Shown here: in pieces, positions 52,270 to 63,668 of the stretch
Layout: the number at the start of each line of letters is the position of its first letter
Position numbering within the stretch: position 1 is the first letter of the stretch
Assembly: GCA_963768655.1 (NCBI GenBank)
Contig: CAVYIM010000003.1
Location: 192,001-256,000, forward strand
Origin: an uncultured Chloroflexia bacterium
Lineage (GTDB): Bacteria > Chloroflexota > Limnocylindria > Limnocylindrales > CSP1-4
Reading direction: 5' to 3'
DNA: 64,000 bases
Made by a program: the position numbers and the translations under genes
The notes under the pieces: generated by a model
The model's input: the letters and a program-made list of their open reading frames with translations, nothing else
Database searches by the model: none
What the model was told of the DNA's origin: nothing

Positions 52270-53601
52270 ATGCACTTCCGCTCCCGTCTCATCGGCGTCC
52301 TGCTCGTTTCGGCGATCGTCGCGGCTGCGTGCGGCTCGTCCCCGGCGACGGTGACGCCGACGCCGGTGCCCACCGCCTCCGTCCTGCCGGCGGCCAGCGT
52401 CACGGCCTCCGCGACGCCCGGCACCACCGCCGGCGCCACGCCCAGTGCCACGCCCGGCGCCACTCCGAACGCCTCGGCGGATCTGGCGACGTACTCCCAG
52501 ATCGAGACGCAAGTGGAAGCGCTGCGCGAGCTGGCGCCCAAGTCACCGGTGACGCCGGTCTTGCTCGACGAGCAGGGTGTGCGCGATTGGATGACCAAGG
52601 CCATGGAGACCGGCGTGGATCACGCCGCCCTGGCCGCCCAGAGCCGCCTGTTCGTACACCTCGGCCTGCTGCCGGCGGGCGCGTCGCTCGAGCAGCTCGA
52701 GCTCGATCTGAACGCCGGACAGGCGATCGGCTTCTACGACGTCGACACGAAGCAGCTCTATCTGCTCTCTCAGTCGGGTGACGTCGGCCCGGAGCAACGG
52801 CTGACCTTCTCACACGAGTTCACTCACGCCCTGCAGGACCAGAACTTCGGGCTCGCCAACCTGGCCATCGACACGGTCGATCAGAGCGACCGGGATCTCG
52901 CGCGGACGGCTCTGCCCGAGGGCGACGCGACGCTCTCGATGACGCAATGGGCCGTGGCCCACATGTCGGTCCTGGACCTGGCGTCGGTCAGCCTCTCCGC
53001 GGCGTCCGGCCCGCAGACCGACCAGCTCGACAACGCGCCGGCGATCCTGCGCGAGGACCTGATGTTCCCGTATCTTGACGGGCTGACCTTCGTCGAGGGC
53101 GTCTATGCCCGCGGCGGCTGGGCGGCGGTCGACAAGCTCTATGCCAGGCCGCCCAGCTCGACGTCGCAGATCCTCCACCCGGCGCTCTATTCCGCCGGCA
53201 TCGGTCCGGTCGCCGTGGCCCTCAACGCCATGCCGGCCACGCTGGGAACCGGCTGGAACCTGGCGTTCCAGGACACCATGGGCGAGCTGCAGCTGCGCGT
53301 CTGGCTCGAGGGCGAGAATCCGACCGACGCTCAGACGACGGCCGCGGACTCGGCCGCGTCCAGCTGGGCCGGCGACAGGATCGGCCTGTACGAAGGCCCG
53401 AATGGAGCGTGGGCGGTGGTCCTGCGAACGCAGTGGCGCAGCGCTGCGGGGCGCACCGCTTTCGTCGCCGCCGCGAATCAGACACTCGAGGGACTCTCCA
53501 GCCCGTCGGCGGTGTGCGGCGATGCCAGCCATGCGGACATCTTCATCGCCTCGGACGCGACCGTCCTCGGGAACTTCACCACCTGCCAGCCGGCAGAGTA
53601 G
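52270..53601 (+). CDS. Lipoprotein with HExxH zincin-like motif
   Basis: AAAC lipobox, T/P/A linker, GFYD, SHEFTHALQDQ and EGDA. Confidence 0.8.
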   Translation: MHFRSRLIGVLLVSAIVAAACGSSPATVTPTPVPTASVLPAASVTASATPGTTAGATPSATPGATPNASADLATYSQIETQVEALRELAPKSPVTPVLLDEQGVRDWMTKAMETGVDHAALAAQSRLFVHLGLLPAGASLEQLELDLNAGQAIGFYDVDTKQLYLLSQSGDVGPEQRLTFSHEFTHALQDQNFGLANLAIDTVDQSDRDLARTALPEGDATLSMTQWAVAHMSVLDLASVSLSAASGPQTDQLDNAPAILREDLMFPYLDGLTFVEGVYARGGWAAVDKLYARPPSSTSQILHPALYSAGIGPVAVALNAMPATLGTGWNLAFQDTMGELQLRVWLEGENPTDAQTTAADSAASSWAGDRIGLYEGPNGAWAVVLRTQWRSAAGRTAFVAAANQTLEGLSSPSAVCGDASHADIFIASDATVLGNFTTCQPAE

Positions 53602-53655
53602 CAAGGCCAGTGCGCCCGCGCCGCTGGTCGTGGCGGTAAACGGCAGCGCTCGCCG

Positions 53656-55377
53656 CTACATCGACTCAGGCGCGGAGATGCCCAGCAGGCCGAGGGCACT
53701 GGCGAGGGTCGTCTTCGTGGCTGCGACCAGGGCGAGGCGCGCCGCCGAGCGATCGGGCTCGTCGGGCTCCACGACGCGGGCGTCGCGATAGAAGGCGTGG
53801 AAAGTGGTCGCCAGTTCCGTTGCGTAGGCGGTGATGCCGTGCGTCTCCTCGCTCGAGGCCGCGTCCTCCACGACCTCGGGCAGCCGCACGATCTGGCGGG
53901 CCAGCTGCGCCTCGGGCGCGCCGGAGAGGATCCCGGCCAGCAGCTCCGCCAGGCGCGGGTCGTCCGCGGCTGGCGGAGCCATCCCCGACTCGGCCGCCTT
54001 GCGCAGGATCGAGGCGATTCGAGCGTGGGCGTACTGGACGTAATAGACCGGGTTCTCGCTCGACTGCTTCTTGGCCAGCTCGATGTCGAAGTCGATGCCG
54101 CTCGAAGCCGCGCGTGAGGCGAAGAACCAGCGGGCGGCGTCGACGCCGATCTCGCCGAGCAGCTCGTCGAGAGTGATGAACTCGCCGGTGCGCTTGCTCA
54201 TCGGCACTTCCTTGCCGTCGCGAACGAAGCGGACCCAGGCGGTGAGGATCATCTGGACGCGGTCGCGGTCGAAGCCGAGCGACTGAGCCGCGGCCTTGAC
54301 CCGGGCGACGTAGCCGTGATGATCCTCGCCCCAGATGAAGACGATGCGGTCGTAGCCGCGGCTGAACTTCTCGACGATGTAGCCGATGTCGGCCGCGAAG
54401 TAGGTGGGCGCCGCGTCGTCGGTCGAGCGCAGGATCACCCGGTCCTTGTCGTCGCCGTACTTCGTCGATCGGAAGACGACCGCGCCGTCCTCCTCGTAGA
54501 CGTCGCCGGCGGCGCGCAGTCGATCGACCGCCTTCGCAACCCAGCCGTCCTTATGGAGCGTGCTCTCGGACCGCCAGACGTCGAAATGGCAGCCGAGGTG
54601 CTCGAGGCTGGCCTCGATGCCGGCTCGAACCCGCTCGGATGCCCACCGGCCGACCGCCCATTCGGCCGGCTCGCCCGACGTTTCGGCCGCGGACGCGACT
54701 TCGGCCGGCAGCTCCTTCGCCAGGTCGTAGACGTAGTCGCCGTGGTACCCGTCCTCGGGGATTTCGCAGCCGTCGCGGATGGCCACGACCGAGGCGCCGA
54801 GATTCTTGACCTGGCTGCCGAAATCGTTGAAGTAGTACTCGCGCTCGACATGGTGACCGGCGGACGTCAGGACGCGGCACAGGAGATCGCCGGTGAAGGC
54901 GCCGCGCGCGTTGCCGATGTGGAGCGGCCCGGTGGGGTTGGCCGAGACGAACTCGACGTTGACACGCTCGGGATGTGCGGCGGCGGTGCGGCCCCAGGTG
55001 GCCGGATTGCCCAGGATCTGCCGCGTCGTGGCCGCGAGAGCGTGGTCGGCGAGACGAATGTTGAGGAAGCCGGGCGGCGCGATCTCCACCGAAGCGATCG
55101 GGGAGTTGGGGTCCGTGGCCGTCGTGGCGATGTGCGCGGCGATCGCCGCGGCAATCTGGAGGGGCGCGCGGCGGTAGGGCTTGGCCAGCCGCAGAGCGAT
55201 GCTGCTGGCGAAGTCGCCGCGGCTCGGGTCCGCGGGGCGCTCGATCGTCACGGGCGCGTCGTGCGGCTCGGTTGGTGCGGGCAGGTCGGCCTGGGCGTGC
55301 CCCCACGCGGCCTCGATGGCATCGCGGACCTGCGTTCGCAGGCTAGGGCTCGGGCTGGCCTTCGGATCGGGGGTCAT
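53656..55377 (-). CDS. argS: Arginine--tRNA ligase
   Basis: EFVSANPTGPLHIGNAR, MSKRTG and YYVQYAHARI. Confidence 0.97.
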   Translation of the reverse strand: MTPDPKASPSPSLRTQVRDAIEAAWGHAQADLPAPTEPHDAPVTIERPADPSRGDFASSIALRLAKPYRRAPLQIAAAIAAHIATTATDPNSPIASVEIAPPGFLNIRLADHALAATTRQILGNPATWGRTAAAHPERVNVEFVSANPTGPLHIGNARGAFTGDLLCRVLTSAGHHVEREYYFNDFGSQVKNLGASVVAIRDGCEIPEDGYHGDYVYDLAKELPAEVASAAETSGEPAEWAVGRWASERVRAGIEASLEHLGCHFDVWRSESTLHKDGWVAKAVDRLRAAGDVYEEDGAVVFRSTKYGDDKDRVILRSTDDAAPTYFAADIGYIVEKFSRGYDRIVFIWGEDHHGYVARVKAAAQSLGFDRDRVQMILTAWVRFVRDGKEVPMSKRTGEFITLDELLGEIGVDAARWFFASRAASSGIDFDIELAKKQSSENPVYYVQYAHARIASILRKAAESGMAPPAADDPRLAELLAGILSGAPEAQLARQIVRLPEVVEDAASSEETHGITAYATELATTFHAFYRDARVVEPDEPDRSAARLALVAATKTTLASALGLLGISAPESM

Positions 55378-55698
55378 GGCCGAATGGTAGCGAGCCCAGC
55401 GCGGCCCCGTTGATCGCAAGGGCAGGTGGCCATGCGGCAGCTGGTCATTCCTCAAGTCCGCAAGGACTGCGAGAGTTCGCCTGGCCTCTCCGCCCCCGAG
55501 GTCATCGTCGCGGTGGCTACCGCGGCATTCGAGCTCGCCGCACAGGTCCCCGAGGCCGACGGTCCGGCATCGGCGCGGTAGCCCGGAGTCGGCGCGACCC
55601 GCCTCGGGCGTTCTGCCGACGCTATGCCGCCCTGGGGCCGGCTGTATAGTCGCGCTCGCGCTCGAGTCTTGTCGACATCAGGGAGATGGGGGACCAAC

Positions 55699-56883
55699 GT
55701 GCAGACTGACGATCGCGAAACCGCGCTCATCTCCTTCGCGCTCGCGATCGCCTTCCTCGAGGTGATCGGCGGGCGCGTGACCGAGTGGCACGTCTGGGTG
55801 CTGGTCGCCCTTCCGTTCGTAGGCCTTGCGTACTGGCGCCTGCGGCGCGCCGGCATCGTCCTTGCCTATCTCGTCGCCAGCGGGCTGGCCCTAAGGCTCG
55901 AGGTCTTCCCGCCCGGCGGCTTCACGAAGTTCAGCGACGCGATTCGGGGCACCTCCGAGGCGATCGCGACGGCGCTGGCCGGCCGTGACCCGTATTGGCA
56001 TGCTTACACCACGACCGACAATCCGGTCCACTTCGTGCCGTATACTCCGGCGCTATTGCTGCTGCACCTGCCGGGCCAGCTCGTCGGAGGCCTGGCCGGC
56101 GTTCAGATGACCCAGATCGTCGCCGCCGGGGTGGTGATGGTCGTCCTCGCCGCGTTCGCCCGGCGGGATCCGCTGCTCGCCGTGGCGGCGCTGGCCGTCT
56201 ATGCCCTGCTGCCGGTCCTGGTTGTCCAGCCAGTGGAGGGTACGAACGACACCGCCGTCGGCGCGGCGGCCCTCCTCGGCGCCTTGGTCCTGGCATGGGC
56301 GGTCCGGGCGCCCACGCGCTCGAGCTTGATCCTCGCGGGGATCGTGCTGGCGCTCACTTTCGGCGCGAAACAGACCGTCACACCCGTAGCGTTCGTCCTG
56401 CTCGCGTATGTAGGTCGGACGACAGGCTGGCGGGCCGCTACCCTGATCGCCGTAGCGGCCGCGGGCACGTTCGTCCTGATCTCGCTGCCGTTCCTGGCGA
56501 TGGGGCCGGGACACTACGTCCGCGCCCTGCTGAGCGTGCTTCTCTACCCGAAGAAGGTTGATGGTTTGAACATCTGGACCGCGTTCAGCGCGCTGGGAAT
56601 GACATTCCCGACCGCGGTCACGACCGCGGTCACCATCTGCGCCACGCTCGCAGCGTTCGCGGTCGCGGTGGCGATCCGCTGGCGGAACTACGGCGAGGCG
56701 ATGCTGGCCGGCTGCGTCGTGGCCGTCGTCCTGCTGGTTACGACACGCTGCACCTACTCGTGCTATATGCCGATGCTCGCGGGTCTCGTTCTCGTTGCCC
56801 CGATGCTGCCCCTCAAGCTTGCCGCCTGGGACTGGCGCGGAGCCGGCGGTGTCACCCAGTCGGTGGATAGCCCGACGCCGTAG
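55699..56883 (+). CDS. GT-C fold (GT87-like) membrane protein
   Basis: AGRDPY, PYTP, GTND and AKQT; many TM segments. Confidence 0.7.
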   Translation: MQTDDRETALISFALAIAFLEVIGGRVTEWHVWVLVALPFVGLAYWRLRRAGIVLAYLVASGLALRLEVFPPGGFTKFSDAIRGTSEAIATALAGRDPYWHAYTTTDNPVHFVPYTPALLLLHLPGQLVGGLAGVQMTQIVAAGVVMVVLAAFARRDPLLAVAALAVYALLPVLVVQPVEGTNDTAVGAAALLGALVLAWAVRAPTRSSLILAGIVLALTFGAKQTVTPVAFVLLAYVGRTTGWRAATLIAVAAAGTFVLISLPFLAMGPGHYVRALLSVLLYPKKVDGLNIWTAFSALGMTFPTAVTTAVTICATLAAFAVAVAIRWRNYGEAMLAGCVVAVVLLVTTRCTYSCYMPMLAGLVLVAPMLPLKLAAWDWRGAGGVTQSVDSPTP

Positions 56884-56970
56884 CGATTGGCTCCGTACGG
56901 CCGTCGGCAAGCAGCGCCCCGCCCGCGCCCAACGCTTTGGCGAGGGGCCCGCTCTCGCCGGCGACGGAAC

Positions 56971-59364
56971 CTAGTACGGCCAGGCCCAGTCGCGGATCTC
57001 CGGCGCGTCCTCGCCCTCGGCGCGGGTGTAGGCCCGGGCTTCGGTGCGCCTGTCCTGCATCAGCTGGCGGACGTGGGCGACCTTTGGGCCGAGGCCGGGG
57101 ATGCGGTCGATGGCGTCGATCACCAGGTGGTAGCGGTCCAGGTCGTTGAGCATGACCATGTCGAACGGGGTGGTGGTCGTGCCCTCTTCCTTGTAGCCGC
57201 GGACGTGGATGTTGTCGTGGCCGTGGCGCCGGTAGGTGAGGCGGTGGATCAGCCACGGGTAGCCGTGATAGGCGAAGACGATCGGCTTGTCCGTCGTGAA
57301 TAGCGAGTCGAACTCCAGGTCGGTCATGCCGTGCGGATGCTCGGTCTCGGGTTCCAGGCGCATCAGGTCGATGACGTTGACGACGCGAACCTTCACGTCC
57401 GGCAGGTACTTGCGCATCAGGTCGACCGCGGCCAGGGTCTCCAGCGTCGGCACGTCGCCGCAGCAGGCCATGACGACGTCGGGCTCGCCGCCCTGATCGT
57501 TGCTGGCCCAATCCCAGATGCCGATGCCGCGGGTGCAGTGCAGGATGGCCTGCTCCATGGTCAGCCAGTTCGGGGCCGGTTGCTTGCCGGCCACGATGAC
57601 GTTGATGTAGTTGCGGCTGCGCAGGCAGTGGTCCGTGACCGAGAGCAGCGTGTTCGCATCCGGCGGGAGGTAGACGCGGATGATCTCGGCCTTCTTGTTG
57701 ACGACGTGGTCGATGAAACCCGGATCCTGATGGGTGAAGCCGTTGTGATCCTGGCGCCACACCAGAGACGAGAGCACGTAGTTGAGCGACGCGATCGGGC
57801 GCCGCCACGGGATGTCGCGCGTCACCTTCAGCCACTTGGCGTGCTGGTTGAACATCGAATCGACGATGTGGATGAAGGCTTCGTAGCAGTTGAACATGCC
57901 GTGCCGGCCGGTCAGCAGGTAGCCCTCGAGCCAGCCCTCGCACTGGTGTTCCGAGAGAACCTCCATCACGCGGCCGTCGACGGAGAGGTGGTTGTCGCCC
58001 GGGATGATCTCCGCGTCCCAGGCCTTGCCGGTCACCTCGAAGATCGCCTGGAAGCGGTTCGAGGCGGTTTCGTCGGGCCCGAACATTCGGAAGTTGTCCT
58101 TGTTGCGGGCCATGATGTCGCGGATGAACGTGCCGGCCACGTAGGTCGCTTCGCTGGTCGAGCCGCCCGGCTTGGGCACGTCGACCGCGTACTCGCGGAA
58201 GTCGGGCATGATCAGCTCGCGCAGCAGCAGGCCGCCGTTGGCGTGCGGGTTGGCGCCCATCCGATGCCGGCCGTGCGGAGCCAGCGCCGCGAGCTCGGGC
58301 CGGAACGTGCCCTTCTCGTCGAACAGCTCCTCGGGCTTGTAGCTGCGCATCCAGGTCTCGAGCAGGTCGCGGTGGCCGGCGTTCGTCCGGGCCTCGTCGA
58401 TCGGGACCTGATGAGCCCGCCACGTGCCCTCGACCGGCAGACCGTCCACGATCTTCGGGCCGGTCCAGCCTTTGGGTGTCCGAAGGACGATCATCGGCCA
58501 CTGCGGGCGGCCCGTCGTCCTGCCCGACCGCGCCGCCGACTGGATCTCGCGTATCTCGTCGAGGACGGTGTCGAGGGTCGCGGCCAGTTGCTGGTGGACG
58601 AGGGCCGGGCGGTTGCCTTCGACGAAGTACGGCTTGTAGCCGTAGCCAACCATCAGGTCGCGCAGCTCACGCTCGGGAATGCGGGCCAGGACCGTCGGGT
58701 TGGCGATCTTGTAGCCGTTGAGATGGAGGATCGGCAGGACGGCGCCGTCGCCCCGCGGGTCGAGGAACTTGTTCGAGTGCCAGCCGGTCGCGGCCGGGCC
58801 CGTCTCGGCCTCCCCGTCGCCGACGATGCAGCAGACCAGCAGATCGGGGTTGTCGAAGGCGGCGCCGTAGGCGTGCGCAAGCGAGTAGCCGAGCTCGCCG
58901 CCCTCGTGGATCGAGCCGGGGGTCTCGGGCGCGACGTGGCTGGGGATGCCGCCCGGGAACGAGAACTGGCGGAATAGCTTGCGCATGCCGTCTTCGTCTC
59001 GGGTGATGCTCGGGTAGAGCTCGGTGTAGCTCCCTTCGAGGTAGGTGTTGGCCACCAGGCCGGGCCCGCCGTGGCCCGGGCCGATGATGTAGATGGCGTT
59101 GAGGTCGCGGGCCTTGATCTCGCGGTTCATGTGGGCGTAGATCAGGTTGAGGCCGGGCGTCGTCCCCCAGTGGCCGAGCAGCCGCGGCTTGATGTCGCCC
59201 GCTTCCAGCGGTCGCCGAAGCAGCGGGTTGTCGAGCAGGTAGATCTGGCCGACGCTGAGGTAGTTGGCGGCGCGCCAGTAAGCGTCGATGAGGCGGAGCT
59301 CGTCGGCCGATAGCGGTCCCGTTGCGGCCCCTGCCGGTCGAGCTGTCATGCCGCTGTCAGCCAT
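56971..59364 (-). CDS. xfp: Xylulose-5-phosphate/fructose-6-phosphate phosphoketolase
   Basis: [30 protein letters not shown] and QDHNGFTHQ. Confidence 0.97.
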   Translation of the reverse strand: MADSGMTARPAGAATGPLSADELRLIDAYWRAANYLSVGQIYLLDNPLLRRPLEAGDIKPRLLGHWGTTPGLNLIYAHMNREIKARDLNAIYIIGPGHGGPGLVANTYLEGSYTELYPSITRDEDGMRKLFRQFSFPGGIPSHVAPETPGSIHEGGELGYSLAHAYGAAFDNPDLLVCCIVGDGEAETGPAATGWHSNKFLDPRGDGAVLPILHLNGYKIANPTVLARIPERELRDLMVGYGYKPYFVEGNRPALVHQQLAATLDTVLDEIREIQSAARSGRTTGRPQWPMIVLRTPKGWTGPKIVDGLPVEGTWRAHQVPIDEARTNAGHRDLLETWMRSYKPEELFDEKGTFRPELAALAPHGRHRMGANPHANGGLLLRELIMPDFREYAVDVPKPGGSTSEATYVAGTFIRDIMARNKDNFRMFGPDETASNRFQAIFEVTGKAWDAEIIPGDNHLSVDGRVMEVLSEHQCEGWLEGYLLTGRHGMFNCYEAFIHIVDSMFNQHAKWLKVTRDIPWRRPIASLNYVLSSLVWRQDHNGFTHQDPGFIDHVVNKKAEIIRVYLPPDANTLLSVTDHCLRSRNYINVIVAGKQPAPNWLTMEQAILHCTRGIGIWDWASNDQGGEPDVVMACCGDVPTLETLAAVDLMRKYLPDVKVRVVNVIDLMRLEPETEHPHGMTDLEFDSLFTTDKPIVFAYHGYPWLIHRLTYRRHGHDNIHVRGYKEEGTTTTPFDMVMLNDLDRYHLVIDAIDRIPGLGPKVAHVRQLMQDRRTEARAYTRAEGEDAPEIRDWAWPY

Positions 59365-59708
59365 GGTCGCGTCTCCTTGGGGTCAGTAGTAGTCGGTGCC
59401 GGTCGGTCTTCCTTCGCAGTCACTCATCTTGAACGAGTCCGGCCGCGATGTCAGGCGAAGCCCGTATTCGGCCGAGCGGCGCCGGCGAAAGCGCCGCGCG
59501 ACTCCGGCGTGCGGCCCGGCCGATTGCCCGCCGGTCGGTCGCGGCCACCAGGCCGACGTATCATCACCTGGCCCAACCGCCGCTCACCGTCACCAGATGA
59601 GGGGCTCCGGGCGCAGGACCTGTCGCAGCCTGGCCGGACGACTCGATCGGAGGCGCCGTCCGCGGCTGCTGCGCGTCGCAGGACGACTCAGCATCGTGAG
59701 GCAACGCG

Positions 59709-60152
59709 GTGGACGTCAGGGGCAAGCTGTGCACCCTCTATCCCATCTCCTGGCAGGGGGCGGCGGTCGCTCCGAAGCAGGTCGACTTCAACGCCGTTAC
59801 CCAAACGTTCCAGAACATCATGGTAGGTGAGCTCAACCAGGCCGGCCTGGACCTGCGTATGCCCGTGGCAGGCGCGCCGGACCAGGAACTGGTCATCCGA
59901 GGACAGATCGTCCGCGCCGATCCGGGGAGCCGGCTGATGCGATGGCTCTTCACCTGGTTCGCGGGCGCGGCGGTCTTCGAGGTCGAGGGTCAGATCGGCG
60001 CCGCGGCGGGCCCGTTCGGCGGGTTCCACGCGAAGGGGACGAGGCGCGCCGGCATAGGCGGCGGGGAGTCCCAGCAGCTGCTCAACGATGCCGCGAAGCT
60101 GGCCGCTCAGGAATTGGCGCGCCAGATCCTGGCCACCCTGGCTGCCCGCTGA
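59709..60152 (+). CDS. DUF4410-like hypothetical protein
   Basis: LVIRGQI...DPGSR.MRW...FAGAA pattern. Confidence 0.6.
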   Translation: MDVRGKLCTLYPISWQGAAVAPKQVDFNAVTQTFQNIMVGELNQAGLDLRMPVAGAPDQELVIRGQIVRADPGSRLMRWLFTWFAGAAVFEVEGQIGAAAGPFGGFHAKGTRRAGIGGGESQQLLNDAAKLAAQELARQILATLAAR

Positions 60153-60165
60153 ACGGCCGATTCTC

Positions 60166-60690
60166 ATGAACGAGCCGCCTCCCGGCTATCCGCCCTCCGC
60201 TCCTGCCGCGGGCCCGTCCCCGAGTGGCCCGGCGGCGGCGCCTCCGCCCGCGTACTACCCACCGGCGGTTTACCCGACGCCCTATCCGCCCGTGGCGGCC
60301 CCTCAGCCGGCCTACGCCCCGTATCCCCAGGTCCGATCGCCGCTGCAGTGGAAGGCGTACGTGCGAACCCAGCTCGACGCCGGCCAGCCCGTCGCCACCA
60401 TGCTGCACGAAATGGGAGCCACGGGCGTGAATCAGCAGGATGCCTACCGCCTGGTCGCGGACGTCGTGGGTTCCATGCGCAAGCGAGCCCTGGCGTTCGT
60501 GATCGGGGGCGGCATAGCCGTGCTGATCGGACTCGGGGTCACCCTGGCCACTATGCAGGCGGCTCAGCAGGAGGCCGAAACGTCGGGCAGCGGCATGTAC
60601 GTCATGTGGTGGGGCCCGATCATCTTCGGGGCGATCGCCGCGGTCTACGGCCTGTACCTGCTCGGGCGCGTGCCGAAGCAGAGCCCGTAG
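60166..60690 (+). CDS. Pro/Tyr-rich hypothetical membrane protein
   Basis: PPPGYPP N-terminus, two TM segments and YVMWWGPIIFG. Confidence 0.7.
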   Translation: MNEPPPGYPPSAPAAGPSPSGPAAAPPPAYYPPAVYPTPYPPVAAPQPAYAPYPQVRSPLQWKAYVRTQLDAGQPVATMLHEMGATGVNQQDAYRLVADVVGSMRKRALAFVIGGGIAVLIGLGVTLATMQAAQQEAETSGSGMYVMWWGPIIFGAIAAVYGLYLLGRVPKQSP

Positions 60691-60771
60691 TTCGCGTACG
60701 GCAGGACGAGTGCCGGGGCGGGCGCGTTCGCCTGAAAGTAGACGCTGGGCGCCGGGCGCGCCCGGATGGAG

Positions 60772-61599
60772 CTAGACCTCGAACCGGTCCCCTTCGGTTA
60801 CGAGCTTGACCGGGCCGGCGAAGGCCGCGTGCGCTGCGGCGAGCGCTTCGGCGCGCGAGTAGCCCATCTGGACGTGCGTGATCAGCAAGTGCGCGGCCCG
60901 GCCGTCGGTGGCTGCCCGGCCGGCGGCCCCGGCGTCGAGGTGCTCTGCACCAGCGGGAACGGGCCCGGTCCCGAACGAGGCCTCAGACAGCAGCGTGTCG
61001 CCGGGGCGGATCAGCGGGATCAGGTCGTCGGCCTGGCCGCAGTCGCCGGAATAGACGAGGCCCGGGCCGCTCGACTCGCCCGACTCGCCCGACGCGCCCG
61101 CTCGGCCCGCTCGGCCCGCCGCGCCCTCCGCGCCGGCTCGGCCCGATCCGCCAGCGGCCACGGATACGCGGATCGCGTAGCTCTCGTCCGTGTGGGCGAC
61201 CCGCCGCACCTCCACCTCGAACGGCCCGATGCGAAGCAGCCCCTCGGCCAGCGCCTCGATGTCGAGCGCCTCGGCGGCGAAGCCCTGATGCCCCTCCAGT
61301 GCGTCCAGGCGATCGGCCAGGCCGGCGGGAGCCACGACGCGGGCGCGCCGCGGCGGGCTGAATTCCCACTTCAGGTAGTGGCGCAACGGCACCAGGTCGA
61401 CGAAGTGGTCCGGGTGAAGGTGCGTAACGACCACCGCCGACAGTCGGCTCGGCTCCAGGGTCGAAGCCAGGTTTGGGAATGCGCCCTGACCCAGGTCCAA
61501 GAGAATGGCGGCGCCCTCCCCCCGAATCAGGAAACTCGCCGCGGCCGCGCCGCGACGGTCCGTGTAGGCGGGCCCGGCCCCGATGACGATCAGATCCAT
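60772..61599 (-). CDS. MBL-fold metallo-hydrolase (RNase Z/BN-like)
   Basis: LLDLGQG, THLHPDH, YSGD, EASF and H...THV. Confidence 0.9.
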   Translation of the reverse strand: MDLIVIGAGPAYTDRRGAAAASFLIRGEGAAILLDLGQGAFPNLASTLEPSRLSAVVVTHLHPDHFVDLVPLRHYLKWEFSPPRRARVVAPAGLADRLDALEGHQGFAAEALDIEALAEGLLRIGPFEVEVRRVAHTDESYAIRVSVAAGGSGRAGAEGAAGRAGRAGASGESGESSGPGLVYSGDCGQADDLIPLIRPGDTLLSEASFGTGPVPAGAEHLDAGAAGRAATDGRAAHLLITHVQMGYSRAEALAAAHAAFAGPVKLVTEGDRFEV

Positions 61600-61646
61600 C
61601 GGCCAAGGGTACGCGCGCCGGGCGAGCCGGCTGTCGGGCAGGCGAC

Positions 61647-62528
61647 TCAGCGCCGGAATCTCTCGGGCAATACGAGGTCGCCGCGGTCGACGGCCCGCTG
61701 CAGCGTCAGGCGGTCGAAGCCCGCGGCGGCCACGATCTCGCAGGCCTCCTCGAGCCCGAAGGCGAAGCAGTTGGGCAGATGCGAGTCCGAGCCGACCGTC
61801 ACGCGCTTCCCGCCCAGCTCGCGGAAGCGGGCCACGACCCAGGGCCCCGGGTACGTCTCGCCGGTCGGATGGCGCAGCCCCGATGCGTTCACCTCCAGGG
61901 CCGTGTCGCTCTCGACGAGCGCGACCAGCAGCGGCTCGTACACCTCCGGAATGGCCGCGTAGTCGGCCGCGGGCCACCACCTGATGAGGTAGCGCTTGAT
62001 CATGTCCAGGTGGCCGATGGTGTCGAACAGGCCGCTCCGGATCGCCGCGGCGACCTCGGCGAAGTACGGCGCCACGGCCTCGGCAAGGGTCTTGCCGGCC
62101 ACGAACGACTCGACGCGCGACCGGCCGTACGGCCCGTCCGACATGTCGTGGACGGTGCCCAGAGCGTAGTCGTACGAGTGCGTCCGCAGGTGCTGGCGGA
62201 TCGCGTCCTCGTGACGGCTCTCGTACGTCAGCTCCACGCCGAATCGGATCGTGACCTTGCCGGCCCATCGTTCGGCGGCGGCGCGGACCTCGCGCTCACG
62301 CCGCCCGTAGTCCGCGTACGCGTAAGCCGGCGCGTCCGGCGAGAAGTCGAGATGGTCCGTGATGGCGATCTCGCGGACGCCGCGCTCGGCGGCCTGGGCG
62401 GCGTAGAGCTCCAGGGGCACCGCCGAGTCGGGGGAGAGCTCGGTGTGGAGGTGGGCGTCGAGCGGGACGTCGAACGCCTGGGCGGGCGGACGTCGGTCGT
62501 TCAGGGGCATCGGTCTAGTCGTACTCAC
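61647..62528 (-). CDS. PHP-family histidinol-phosphatase-like (HisJ) protein
   Basis: DAHLHT, ITDH, GVE, GHLD, EVN and GSDSH. Confidence 0.9.
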   Translation of the reverse strand: MSTTRPMPLNDRRPPAQAFDVPLDAHLHTELSPDSAVPLELYAAQAAERGVREIAITDHLDFSPDAPAYAYADYGRREREVRAAAERWAGKVTIRFGVELTYESRHEDAIRQHLRTHSYDYALGTVHDMSDGPYGRSRVESFVAGKTLAEAVAPYFAEVAAAIRSGLFDTIGHLDMIKRYLIRWWPAADYAAIPEVYEPLLVALVESDTALEVNASGLRHPTGETYPGPWVVARFRELGGKRVTVGSDSHLPNCFAFGLEEACEIVAAAGFDRLTLQRAVDRGDLVLPERFRR

Positions 62529-63561
62529 TCCACGGCCGGGACATGAACTTGGCGCCGCAGCGGTAGCACACGGCCAGCGGCTTCCTGCGACGGAGTTCCC
62601 GGAAACGCTCCGCCCGATCGCCGTTCCACAGCTGCTCGATCGTCGCCTCCCTCACGTTCCCGAAGGAATAGTCGACGAAGTCGACGCAGAAGTTGGCCGA
62701 GCCGTCGGGCTGGATGTCGATCAGGCTCTCGACGTTCTGGCAGCGGGCCGAGCCGACCGGGACCTCTGCATCGGCGAACCAGACCCGGAACTGATCCTCG
62801 TCCAGGGGCAGGTAGGGATAGTCCCGAATCCCGCCGAGCGTAGCGTGGTACTGGCGCAACTGGCGCAGGAACTCGTCGAAGTCCACGCCCGAGTCTTCGT
62901 GATGAAACCCGACCCACGAATACGCGCGGCAGCCCAGAGCCCTCAACTCCTCTTCGTACCGCCGCCCCACAGATTCGGGAAAGTAGTAGTAGGGCACGAT
63001 GGAGATCAGATCGATCCCGAGGCTGCGGGCGACCTCCGGCATGACGCCCAGGCCCTTGTACGAGTACTGGCTGATGGTGAAGCAGATCCCCCGACTGATC
63101 TTGCGGCCGGCCACCGCTTCTTCCTCGGCCAGCCTGGCCAGGCCGGCTTCGATCCTGCGGAAGCTGCCCGGTACGCCTCGGACGGCGTCGTGGATCGGTT
63201 CCGGCCCGTCGACCGAGATGGTCAGGTGGAGGTCGCCGATGCGCACGATGTCCGCCGCGAACTGCTCGAGCATGGTTCCGTTCGTGTCGATCGAGATGCC
63301 CATGCCGGTCTCGCGGATATGGTCCAGCAGCTCGATGATGCCGGGAAACATGAAAACCTCTCCGCCGCGTAGCAGGACCGACGGGACGCCGTGGGCGGCG
63401 AGCTCGTCCACGACGCGCTTCCAGTCGGCGAGTGACAGCTCGTTCTTCAGGCTCTCGGGGTTGCCGCGGACGTAGCCCTGCTTGCTCCACTGGCCGCACA
63501 TCTGGCAGCGCAGATTGCAGTGGTTGGTGATGGTCAGCGAGGCGCTATGAGGGAAAGTCAT
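62515..63561 (-). CDS. Radical SAM protein with SPASM/Twitch domain
   Basis: CNLRCQMC, GGE and DTNG; C-terminal C...IQPDG...C...FGNV...CYRC. Confidence 0.92.
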   Translation of the reverse strand: MTFPHSASLTITNHCNLRCQMCGQWSKQGYVRGNPESLKNELSLADWKRVVDELAAHGVPSVLLRGGEVFMFPGIIELLDHIRETGMGISIDTNGTMLEQFAADIVRIGDLHLTISVDGPEPIHDAVRGVPGSFRRIEAGLARLAEEEAVAGRKISRGICFTISQYSYKGLGVMPEVARSLGIDLISIVPYYYFPESVGRRYEEELRALGCRAYSWVGFHHEDSGVDFDEFLRQLRQYHATLGGIRDYPYLPLDEDQFRVWFADAEVPVGSARCQNVESLIDIQPDGSANFCVDFVDYSFGNVREATIEQLWNGDRAERFRELRRRKPLAVCYRCGAKFMSRPWSEYD

Positions 63562-63668
63562 TCACGCGCCTCTGTGTGTTCGGCCAGACCGGCAACGGGC
63601 AGGCGATCGCCGGGCTGCGGCCCCATCGGCAGCGGATCGGCTGGCCCGTCGGGCCAGGCGCCTCTCCA

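Noticed and set aside
62515-63668. RiPP cluster around the radical SAM/SPASM gene
   Set aside because: No precursor ORF, RRE domain, peptidase or exporter nearby; the 29-aa peptide is 49 kb away in its own operon
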